Shown here: piece by piece, positions 15,074 to 23,616 of the stretch
Position numbering within the stretch: the first letter of the stretch is position 1
Layout: every line of letters begins with the position of its first letter
NCBI GenBank assembly: GCA_964355365.1
Contig: CAYHEX010000005.1
Coordinates: forward strand, 16,324 to 40,323
Source of the DNA: an uncultured Solibacteraceae bacterium
GTDB lineage: Bacteria; Acidobacteriota; Vicinamibacteria; Vicinamibacterales; SCN-69-37
Reading direction: 5' to 3'
Length of the DNA: 24,000 nt
Notes under the pieces: generated by a model
Databases searched by the model: none
What the model saw: the letters and a program-made list of their open reading frames with translations, nothing else
What the model was told of the DNA's origin: nothing
Position numbers and translations under genes: made by a program

Positions 15074-15457
15074 CTACATCACGCCGGCGGTCTGGGGGTG
15101 ACGGTGTCCATCCGCGCGAGCGATCTCCTGCACCGACACGCCGTCGGCGCCGAATGCGTGTCCGAGATCCACGATCGCCGCCAGACTCTTCAGCCGACTC
15201 GAACACGAGAAGATGTCGATATTCACCGTGCCCGTTTCAGGCCACGTGTGCAGCACGGCGTGCGACTCGGCGAGGATCAGGACACAGGTCAGACCCGCGC
15301 CAGGGAAGTCGTGCGACGTAGTCTGCACGATCGTCGCGCCGGCGCGCTCCAGCGTCTGGACGAACGTCGCGATGATGGCCTCCGGGGCCAGCCCCGCGAG
15401 GGCCGAGCACCTGCTGAAGTCGACGGAATAGAGAACGGGCTGCTCGTGGAGGGCCAT
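15074..15457 (-). CDS. speH: Pyruvoyl-dependent S-adenosylmethionine decarboxylase proenzyme family protein (small class 1, SpeH-like); actual substrate not certain
   Basis: Self-processing and active-site motif VLILAESHAVLHTWPETGTVNIDIFSC. This aligns with B. subtilis [27 protein letters not shown]. The N-terminus MALHEQPVLYSVDF aligns with MGRHVISELWGCDF. In-frame alternative starts at 15496 and 15559 exist, but 15559 would place a strong hairpin (15518-15540) inside the coding sequence. Confidence 0.75.
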   Translation of the reverse strand: MALHEQPVLYSVDFSRCSALAGLAPEAIIATFVQTLERAGATIVQTTSHDFPGAGLTCVLILAESHAVLHTWPETGTVNIDIFSCSSRLKSLAAIVDLGHAFGADGVSVQEIARADGHRHPQTAGVM

Positions 15458-15517
15458 CCAGCCATGAACGGTACCAAAACCGCCTGCCGAGCGCATGATC
15501 AAATGCGTACAGCGCCG

Positions 15518-15540
15518 GCCCGAGTGCCTCACACTCGGGC
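15518..15540 (-). other. Perfect 9-bp GC-rich stem-loop in the tnaA/speH-like intercistronic region
   Basis: GCCCGAGTG (15518-15526), loop of 5 nt, CACTCGGGC (15532-15540). No U-tract follows on the minus strand, so it is not a classical intrinsic terminator. Confidence 0.45.
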
Positions 15541-15625
15541 TGCTGGGGATGGGATACATCCGGATGAGGCAACAAACACAACGCAGTTAACGCGAGACGC
15601 CTCGGGGCAACCGACTCCGACCGCC

Positions 15626-16993
15626 CTACGCGGGGAGCGGCTCGAACTGCGCGGTGAAGTGCCGTAACACGGTGGGCGCGTGGGTCATGCGGTAGCCGCG
15701 GAGTTCGTCGCGCCGCTGGCCCACCGCGGCCACGGTCTCGGCGACCAGGTCGATGTGCGACTGCGTGTAGACGCGGCGCGGAATGGCGAGCCGCACGAGG
15801 TCCATGGCGGCCGGCGTTTCCGTGCCGTCGGGATGGCGGCCGAACATCACGGTGCCGATCTCGACGCCGCGGACGCCGCCTTCGAGATACAGCGCGTTGA
15901 CGCACGCGATGCCCGGATACTGCAGCGACGGGATGTGCGGCAGCATCGCGCGGGCGTCGATGTAGATGGCGTGGCCGCCCGGCGGCTGGATGATCGGCAC
16001 ACCGGCGGCGAGCAGTTTCTCGCCCAGGTACGCCGTCGAACGGATGCGATAGTGCAGGTACGGCTCCTCGACCACTTCCTCGAGTCCGCGTGCGATCGCC
16101 TCGAGATCGTAGCCCGCGAGGCCGCCGTAGGTCGGAAATCCCTCCGTCAGAATCAACAGGTTGCGCGCGTTCTCGGCCCAGCGGTCGTCGTTCAAGGCCA
16201 GGAAGCCGCCGATGTTGGCGAGGCCGTCCTTCTTCGCCGACATCGTGCAGCCGTCGGCGAGCGAGAACATCTCCTTCGCGATGTCCTTCGGCGACCGATG
16301 CGACTGCCCCTCTTCGCGCGTTTTGATGAACCACGCGTTCTCCGCAAACCGGCACGCGTCCAGGAACAGCGGCTTGTGGAATTTGTCGCAGAGCGCGCGC
16401 ACACCGCGCAGGTTGTCGAGCGACACCGGTTGACCGCCGCCCGAGTTGTTCGTGATCGTCACCATCACGAGCGGCACATGGTCGCCCCGCTCGGTCAACA
16501 GATGATCGAGCGCCTCGAGATCGACGTTGCCCTTGAACGGATGCACGAGCGACGGAATTCGGCCCTCGGCAATGACGAGATCGAGCGCCTCGGCCTCTTC
16601 CACTTCGATGTTCGCGCGCGTGGTGTCGAAGTGGTTGTTGTTGGGGACGATGTCGCCGGCCTTGAGGATGGTGTGAAAGAGGATGCGTTCGGCGGCGCGG
16701 CCCTGATGCGTGGGGATGATGTGTTTGAACCCCGTCAAGTCCGCCACGACATCGCGGAAGCGGAAGTAGGACCGGCTGCCGGCGTAACTCTCGTCGCCCT
16801 GCATCAGCGCGCCCCACTGCGCCGACGACATCGCGCCGGTGCCCGAGTCGGTGAGCAGATCGATCAGCACGTCCTCGGCGTGCAGCAGGAACACGTTGTA
16901 GCCCGCCTCGCGGAGCCGCAACTCGCGCTGCTCGCGCGTGGTGAACTTGATGGCTTCAACGGACTTGATGCGGAAGGGTTCGATGATCGTCAA
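15626..16993 (-). CDS. tnaA: Tryptophanase (L-tryptophan indole-lyase), beta-eliminating lyase family, PLP-dependent
   Basis: Collinear with TnaA and TPL throughout: EPFRIKSVE, DLLTDSGTGAMS, GDESYAGSRSY, IPTHQGRAAE. The PLP-Lys motif is SAKKDGLANIGG. The three positions that distinguish Trpase from tyrosine phenol-lyase are Trpase-like: FDTT (Asp), VEIG (Ile), LRHFTA (His). The TTG start at 16993 overlaps the upstream stop (TTGA), with GAGG 7 nt upstream. Confidence 0.85.
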   Translation of the reverse strand: MTIIEPFRIKSVEAIKFTTREQRELRLREAGYNVFLLHAEDVLIDLLTDSGTGAMSSAQWGALMQGDESYAGSRSYFRFRDVVADLTGFKHIIPTHQGRAAERILFHTILKAGDIVPNNNHFDTTRANIEVEEAEALDLVIAEGRIPSLVHPFKGNVDLEALDHLLTERGDHVPLVMVTITNNSGGGQPVSLDNLRGVRALCDKFHKPLFLDACRFAENAWFIKTREEGQSHRSPKDIAKEMFSLADGCTMSAKKDGLANIGGFLALNDDRWAENARNLLILTEGFPTYGGLAGYDLEAIARGLEEVVEEPYLHYRIRSTAYLGEKLLAAGVPIIQPPGGHAIYIDARAMLPHIPSLQYPGIACVNALYLEGGVRGVEIGTVMFGRHPDGTETPAAMDLVRLAIPRRVYTQSHIDLVAETVAAVGQRRDELRGYRMTHAPTVLRHFTAQFEPLPA

Positions 16994-18429
16994 CGGGAGA
17001 CCTCAGCTTTCATCGCGTCCCACAGGGCCGCGACGTGTTCGCGTTCGGTGGGCGCGGCGCCGATCGAAATGCGCACCATCCATTGTCCCTCCAATGTGGC
17101 TGGAGTGACATACGCGGCGCCGGACCGATTGAGCCGATCGGCCCAGGCCTGCGTGTGGGCGTCAAGCCGCTCGGCCGCTTCCGCGGCCTCGACATGTCGG
17201 TCGAGCAGGCCGGCCGGTTCGTGCCGCACACACAATGTCTGCAGCACCACCGGCGCCAGCACCGTCCAGCCCGGCGTCGCGCGAATCTCGCCGGCCAGCC
17301 ACTCCGCGTTGTCGAGGTCGCGCCGCAGCCGCGCCTGCAATCCCTCGACGCCTTGCTCGCGAATGAGAAACCACAACTTGAGCGCGCGGAACCGCCGCCC
17401 GAGCGGCAGGCCCCAGTCGCGCAGGTTCTTCACCGTCTCGTCCACGGATGAGCGCAAGTAGCTTGGATTCGTGGACATGACGCGAATCAGATGCTGTGGA
17501 TCGCGCACGTAGTAGAGCGTGCAGTCGAACGCCACGCCGAGCCACTTGTGCGGGTTGATGACGAGCGAGTCCGCGCCCTCGACGCCGGCCCACAGGTAGC
17601 GCATCTCGGGCAGGATCATGGCCGAGCCGGCCATCGCGGCATCGACGTGCAGCCACAGCCCGAACTCCTGCGCAATCGGCGCAATCAGCTCGAGCGGATC
17701 GTACGCCGTCGTCGTCGTCGTCCCCACCGTGCACGCGATCGCACAGGGCACGAATCCCTCCGCCAGATCCTCGGTGATCCGCGCGCGCAGCGCGTCGGGA
17801 CGCATGGCGTACTGATCGTCGTGCGGAATGATGTGGATGTTCTCGCGTCCGAATCCCGCGAGCAGCGCGGCCTTGTCCACCGAGCTGTGCGCGTGCGCCG
17901 TCATGTACACCACCAGCGGCTTCGGCTCCGCCTGGAGACCCGCCCGGCTGAGGCTGTAGCCGGTGGTCTTCTCGCGCGCGCACAGCAGCGCGACCAGCGT
18001 CGCTGACGAAGCGGTGTCGTGAATGACGCCGCTCCACGCCTCGCTGAGGCCGGTCATCTGACGCATCCAATCGGTGACGACTTCTTCGATCTCGGTCAGC
18101 GCCGGACTCGATTGCCACGACAACCCGAGCACGCCGAGGCCCGTGCTGGCGTAGTCGCCGAGCACGCTGGCCAGCAGGCCGTTCGAGGGGAAGTATCCGA
18201 AGAAGCGTGGATGCTGGAAATGCGACAGGCCCGGCAGCACGATCGACTCGAGGTCCTTGAGGACGTCGCCGAACGGCTCCGCCTGCATCGGCGGCGTCTT
18301 CGGTAGCTGCGCCGCGATCTCACCAGGCGCCGAGCGCGCCATCACGGGGCGATCGGCCACGGTGGCGCGATAGTCGGCGATGAAGTCGATCAACTCGTGG
18401 CCGTAGCGGCGGAATTCCTCAGGCGTCAT
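16990..18429 (-). CDS. Aromatic-L-amino-acid decarboxylase (group II PLP decarboxylase; tryptophan/tyrosine/DOPA decarboxylase type)
   Basis: MTPEEFRRYGHELIDFIADY...HFQHPRFFGYFPSNG...SSATLVALLCARE...INPHKWLGVAFDC (PLP Lys). The 479-aa length fits the family. Confidence 0.9.
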   Translation of the reverse strand: MTPEEFRRYGHELIDFIADYRATVADRPVMARSAPGEIAAQLPKTPPMQAEPFGDVLKDLESIVLPGLSHFQHPRFFGYFPSNGLLASVLGDYASTGLGVLGLSWQSSPALTEIEEVVTDWMRQMTGLSEAWSGVIHDTASSATLVALLCAREKTTGYSLSRAGLQAEPKPLVVYMTAHAHSSVDKAALLAGFGRENIHIIPHDDQYAMRPDALRARITEDLAEGFVPCAIACTVGTTTTTAYDPLELIAPIAQEFGLWLHVDAAMAGSAMILPEMRYLWAGVEGADSLVINPHKWLGVAFDCTLYYVRDPQHLIRVMSTNPSYLRSSVDETVKNLRDWGLPLGRRFRALKLWFLIREQGVEGLQARLRRDLDNAEWLAGEIRATPGWTVLAPVVLQTLCVRHEPAGLLDRHVEAAEAAERLDAHTQAWADRLNRSGAAYVTPATLEGQWMVRISIGAAPTEREHVAALWDAMKAEVSR

Positions 18430-18478
18430 ACCGGCTCATGATCTCACCGAACGCCGTGCGCGGAATAGAATCGGGCGT

Positions 18479-19171
18479 ATGGCATTCAACGGATTCGATC
18501 GCGCGTTCTTCACATTTCTGAAGTCGCTCAAGGCGAACAACACGCGCGAGTGGTTCACCGAACACAAAGCGCAGTATCAGCACGACGTGGAAGGCCCCGC
18601 GCTGGCGTTCGTCGCCGAGTTGGCACCGAAGCTGAAGAAGATCAGTCCACGCTTCATCGCCGATCCACGTCGCAGCGGCGGCTCGATGTTCCGCATCTAT
18701 CGCGACACGCGGTTCTCGCACGACAAGACGCCGTACAAGACGCACGTGGGCCTGCACTTCTGGCACGATGGCATGACCGCTGCGGGCGCAGCGACCGATC
18801 TCGAGAGCCCGCCGTCGTTCTATCTGCACCTCTCGCCCGGCGAGATCTTCGGCGGCGGCGGATGCTGGCGCCCGGATCCGGCCACGCTGCGCAAGATCCG
18901 GCTGCACATCAACGACGCGCCGAAAGAGTGGAAAGCCGTGCTCGCGATGAAGATGGAGATCGAGGGCAGCACGCTGAAGCGCGTGCCCGCGGGGTTTCCG
19001 GCCGATCATCCGTGTGCGGTCGACCTGATGCGCAAGGATCACTTCGCATCAGAGCACTACAAGGTCGGCGACGTCGGTTCGGCCGCGTTTCTCGATCGCT
19101 ACATCGAGACCTGCGCGCGGATGGCGCCGCTCATGAAATTCCTGACGGCCGCGCAGGGTCAGCGCTGGTAG
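18479..19171 (+). CDS. DUF2461 / TIGR02453-family conserved hypothetical protein
   Basis: Family signature FFTFLKSLKANNTREWFTEHKAQY...GGSMFRIYRDTRFSHDKTPYKTH. Confidence 0.85.
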   Translation: MAFNGFDRAFFTFLKSLKANNTREWFTEHKAQYQHDVEGPALAFVAELAPKLKKISPRFIADPRRSGGSMFRIYRDTRFSHDKTPYKTHVGLHFWHDGMTAAGAATDLESPPSFYLHLSPGEIFGGGGCWRPDPATLRKIRLHINDAPKEWKAVLAMKMEIEGSTLKRVPAGFPADHPCAVDLMRKDHFASEHYKVGDVGSAAFLDRYIETCARMAPLMKFLTAAQGQRW

Positions 19172-19191
19172 CCGGCGCGTGGGTACAAAAC

Positions 19192-19228
19192 AAAAGGACA
19201 CCCTTCCGCGATGGAAGGATGTCCTTTT
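19192..19228. terminator. Bidirectional intrinsic terminator hairpin (16-bp stem with 1 mismatch, 5-nt loop) with A/T tracts at the stem base
   Basis: AAAAGGACACCCTTCC gcgat GGAAGGATGTCCTTTT. On the minus strand the hairpin is followed by GTTTTGT. On the plus strand the stem ends in TTTT followed by GT. It lies 21 nt after the DUF2461 stop. Confidence 0.75.
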
Positions 19229-19310
19229 GTGACGTCTGAAAGCCCGTTGCCCCGTTGCGCGTTGTGGTCGCCTGAGCGACAACCGCCAGAAGGCGGCAAG
19301 TGCTTGGGGT

Positions 19311-19367
19311 TCAGGAACCGTGACGTCCTTTGTAGTTCGGCGGAGCACCTTCAGCAGAAGCGTTCAT
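19311..19367 (-). CDS. Candidate 18-codon small ORF (MNASAEGAPPNYKGRHGS) with a strong Shine-Dalgarno; may instead be part of a non-coding RNA or 3' UTR
   Basis: On the minus strand: AAAAGGAGG (19385-19377), 9 nt, ATG (19367-19365), 17 further sense codons, then TGA (19313-19311). Only 7 of these 17 codons end in G/C, versus about 80 percent in neighbouring genes, which argues against ordinary coding. Confidence 0.25.
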   Translation of the reverse strand: MNASAEGAPPNYKGRHGS

Positions 19368-19473
19368 CCCTGCTAACCTCCTTTTCCGAATCGATTCACC
19401 CCCAGCGGTGAATCTGTTTACAAGATGCGCCTCGTTCGGAGGCAAGTCAAGGTACTTATTTTTGCGGTGCTCC

Positions 19474-21632
19474 CTACAGCTTTTTCATCGCGGCGACGAT
19501 ACGTGCCCGCGTCATCGGCAGTTGATGCACGCGCGCGCCAACGGCGTCGAACACCGCATTGGCCAGCACCGCGCCCATCGGCACAATCGCCGGCTCACCA
19601 CCGCCCTGCGCCGGCAGATCCGGTGAGTCGAGCAACACAGTCTCGATCTTCGGCAGCCACGAGAAACGGGGCAGTTCGTACGTGTCGAAGTTCGTGTCGA
19701 TGAGCGCGCCGTGCTTGAAGTGCATTTCCTCGGTGAGGGCGTAGCCCAGTCCCATCGTGAGGCAGCCTTCCATCTGCTGCGTCGCGCCTTCGGGATTGAC
19801 GACGACGCCCATGTCCTGCGCGGACAACAGACGGACCACGGTGATCTGGCCGGTGGCTTTGTCCACCTTCACCTGCGCCATGTTCACGGAGTAGGTGCCC
19901 GCGTCGATGCCGCACGCCACGCCAAAGCCACGACCGCTCGGCCCGGGCTTCGCAATCCAGCCAAACGCCTTCACCGCCGCCTCGAGCACGCGCCGCATGC
20001 GCGCATCCGTGAGGTTGTGCAGACGGAACGCCACCGGGTCCATGCCGGCCTTCGCGGCCATCACGTCGATGTGCGATTCGCGCGCCCACGCGTTCGCGTT
20101 CGCGCCAGGCGCGCGCCACGGCCCGACGCCGAAGGGATTCAGGCCCGCCGGATTGCCGCTCCAGCCACCGCGCACGCGCGTGCGATGGTGCGGGATGTCG
20201 TAGATGTGCTCGACGCCGCGCGAGCCGGCGCCGACGACCTCCAGATCCCAGAACACGATCTTCTTCGCGGCATCGATGCCGGAGCGAATCGTGTGCACGG
20301 CTGCCGGATCGAACGTGTCGTAGAAGAACTCCTCCTCGCGGCTCCACACCACGCGCACCGGGACGCCGGCCGCCACCGCGAGGCGCGCGGCTTCCACACC
20401 TTGCTGCGACGCGCTCTTGCCGCCGAAGCCACCACCGATGTACGGCGTGATGACCCGGACCTTGTCGGCCGGCAGCTTCAGCGCCGCGGCCACCTGCGAC
20501 TTGAGCGGAAACGGCGTCTGCGTGCCGGCCCACACGGTGACCTTGCCGTTCTCCACCGCGGCCACCGCGGAGTGCGTCTCCATCGGCGCGTGTGCCACGT
20601 ATCCCTTGCGGTACGTCTCGCTGAACACCGTGGCCGCGACCTTCTCGCCGGCCGCCAGGTCGCCGCCGCTGAACGGGGTGTTTCCCGCCGGCGCCGCCTT
20701 CACGATGTGGTCGAAGATGTTCGCGTCGGTGAGCGTCGATGTGGACGGCGTCCATGTCGCCTTCACGAGATTGAGCGCCGCGTCCGCCTCGTCGCGATGC
20801 GCGTGCAGCACCGCGACCAGATCGCCGTCGCGCACGACGCGCACGCCCGGCACTTTCTCTGCGGCGGAGGTATCGATCGTCGCGAGGGTCGCGCCATGCG
20901 CCGGAGGCCGCACGATCCGCGCATGCAGCGCGCCCACGGGCACGATGTCGCCCGCGTACTTCGCGGCGCCTGTCACTTTCTCGATCGCATCGCGGCGCGG
21001 CGCGGTCTTGCCGACAATCGTGAACGCCGACACCGCGTCGAGCGCCGGTTGCCCGGCCAGTCGGCGTTCGATCCGCTTGCCTTCGGTCAGCTGGCCGTAC
21101 GTGAGGCGCTTCGTGCGATCTGTCTTGTGCAGAACCGCGCCGCCTTCGACGCGCAAATCGGCCACCGGCACCTGCCAGCGCTCCGCCGCGATCTCGAGCA
21201 ACACGCCCTTCGCTTCCGCCGCCGCTCGGCGGAGCACCGGCCCGAACTGTCGCACGCTCAGCGAGCCGAACGTGCCGCCATCAAACGGGCACAGGTCCGT
21301 GTCGCCCATCACGATGTCGACCATGCTGAGCGGCACGTCGAGTTCTTCCGCCGCCAGCTGCGGCAGCGACGTCATCGCGCCCTGGCCCATCTCTACTTTG
21401 CCAACCAGGCAGGTCACGCGCCCGTCAGCGCCGATGTGCAGGAACGCGTTGATGTCGGTCGGCGCGCTCGAGCGGCCGCCCTGCGCGGGACCGAACATCC
21501 CCTTGCCGAGGAGCGGTTCGACGACGAACGCCACGAGGAGTCCGGTGGTCGTGAGCTTGAGGAAGTCGCGGCGGTCGATCGTCTGAGCGAAACCCCAGCC
21601 GTCGGGGATTTCGAGATCCTGATTGCGCGGGT

Positions 21633-21636
<4 letters not shown>
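19474..21636 (-). CDS. Molybdopterin-binding large subunit of a xanthine dehydrogenase / aldehyde oxidase family enzyme (IorB-like), Tat-exported
   Basis: Twin-arginine signal IDRRDFLKLTTTGLLVAF. The 720-aa length and organisation are typical of IorB-type subunits. Its ATG overlaps the stop of the 2Fe-2S subunit (ATGA at 21633-21636). Confidence 0.85.
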
Positions 21637-22109
<473 letters not shown>

Positions 22110-22300
22110 GCGTTCGCTCCGAGAGTCGAATACATGCACAGCCCGTGCCTCGATGGTCTGGCGGATTCAGGCCCAATACCGCCCGACGCATTGTGAGACG
22201 GCGGAAACCTCCGCCGCGCGCGCCAACTCAGCGGGGAGAAACCCGCAGCGCAAGGCTCTCGCAGTTGGCGTCTACGGTCCGACTGACGGATGATTGAGAC

Positions 22301-23539
22301 ATGGACGTCGTCGTCATTGGTGGTGGTGTGGTTGGCGTGTCGTGCGCACTGGAATTAGCCAAACGTGGCGCGTCGGTCACCGTGCTCGAGAAAGACCGGG
22401 TCGGCCACGGATGTTCGTTCGGTAACGCGGGCTGGCTGACACCGTCACAGGCCGTTCCGCTCGCGAACCCCGCTCTGCTGTTCAAGTCCTTCAAGTGGAT
22501 GCTCGATCCGGAAAGCCCGCTCTACATTCAGCCGCGCCTCGATCCGGGATACCTGCGGTGGCTGATCGGCTTCCTGATGTCGTCACGCAAGTCGAAGTTC
22601 GTCCCCGGCGCCATGGCGCTGGTCGAACTCTGCCGCGTCAGCGTGGATATGTGGGAAGCCCTCGAACAGCGCGCGCCCGAGTCGTTTGGCTTCGAGCGGC
22701 ACGGCCTGCTCGCGGTCTACGAGAAAGAGGAATCGTTTGCAGCCGCGCATAAGTCCAACGAGCTGATCGCGCGCGCGGGCGCCAAGGTCGTGCGCTGGAG
22801 CGCTGACGAGGTCCGCGACCGCGAGCCCGCCATCATCGGCAAGACCGTCGGCGGGTACTACTTCCCCGAAGACGCGCACTGCAAGCCCTACGAAGCCGTG
22901 CGCGCACTGGCCGCGGAGGCCACCGCCGCTGGAGTGACGTTCGTTGAGGGTGCGGAAGTGTTCCGCATCTCGGAGCCGTTGGGCACGAAACCGCGCGTGC
23001 TCACGACGACCCACGGCGAGTATTCGGCAGAGAAAATTCTGCTCGCGGCCGGGTCGTGGTCGGAAGACCTCGGCACGATGCTCGACCTGCGCGTGCCGAT
23101 CCTCGGCGCCAAGGGCTACTCGATGCTGCTGCCCAAGGCGGACCCGCATCCGAAGAGCTCGATCTACCTGATCGAGCGCAAGGTGGCCGTCAATCCGCAC
23201 AAAGACGCGCTGCGCATCTCCGGCACACTCGAGCTCGTGAAAAACGACTTCTCGATCAACCAGCGACGCGTGAACGTCATCCTGCGTGGCGCGAAGGGTA
23301 TGCTGAACATCGGCGACGCGCCGGTGATCCACGACCTGTGGCGCGGCCTGCGGCCCTGCACACCAGACGGCATGCCGCTGATCGGAAAAGCGCGCGGCCG
23401 CGGCGACGTGTGGCTCGCGACCGGCCACCAGATGGCGGGTCTCAAAACAGCGCCGGCCACCGGTGTGCTGCTCGCACAACTGATGGCCGGCGAAACACCC
23501 AGCTTCAATCCAGAGCCCTTCAGGGCGGACCGGTTTTAG
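22301..23539 (+). CDS. FAD-dependent oxidoreductase, D-amino-acid dehydrogenase (DadA)-like
   Basis: N-terminal dinucleotide fold MDVVVIGGGVVGVSCALELAKRGASVTVLEK. FGNAGWLTP...FKWMLDPESPLYI parallels E. coli DadA (ANAGQISP...IKWMFQRHAPLAV). C-terminal region GHQMAGLKTAPATG. Confidence 0.8.
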   Translation: MDVVVIGGGVVGVSCALELAKRGASVTVLEKDRVGHGCSFGNAGWLTPSQAVPLANPALLFKSFKWMLDPESPLYIQPRLDPGYLRWLIGFLMSSRKSKFVPGAMALVELCRVSVDMWEALEQRAPESFGFERHGLLAVYEKEESFAAAHKSNELIARAGAKVVRWSADEVRDREPAIIGKTVGGYYFPEDAHCKPYEAVRALAAEATAAGVTFVEGAEVFRISEPLGTKPRVLTTTHGEYSAEKILLAAGSWSEDLGTMLDLRVPILGAKGYSMLLPKADPHPKSSIYLIERKVAVNPHKDALRISGTLELVKNDFSINQRRVNVILRGAKGMLNIGDAPVIHDLWRGLRPCTPDGMPLIGKARGRGDVWLATGHQMAGLKTAPATGVLLAQLMAGETPSFNPEPFRADRF

Positions 23540-23559
23540 AGTCCCGCCTCAACAAATTC

Positions 23560-23597
23560 AAAAAAGGGCGACAGGGTCACGATGGACCCTGCCGCCC
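23560..23597 (-). terminator. Intrinsic terminator of the MCP gene
   Basis: Minus strand: GGGCGGCAGGGTC catcgt GACCCTGTCGCCC followed by TTTTTTGAATTTG. The stem is 13 bp with 1 mismatch (plus-strand arms 23566-23578 and 23585-23597). It lies 19 nt after the MCP stop. Confidence 0.8.
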
Positions 23598-23616
23598 CGT
23601 CCGGGAGGGGACCGGA

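Noticed and set aside
18430-18478. A possible leaderless transcript for the DUF2461 gene: a TAGAAT -10-like hexamer at 18466-18471, 7 nt before ATG 18479, in a 49-bp divergent gap.
   Set aside because: Only a single 5/6 hexamer match with no credible -35 element. Promoter consensus for this lineage is unknown, so the evidence is insufficient without 5'-end mapping.
19342-19473. A long-range 8-nt complementarity, GGAGCACC (19342-19349) with GGTGCTCC (19466-19473), that would enclose the SD and start of the small ORF.
   Set aside because: An 8-mer match within a 300-nt region is close to chance expectation. It is not reported as a feature without covariation evidence.
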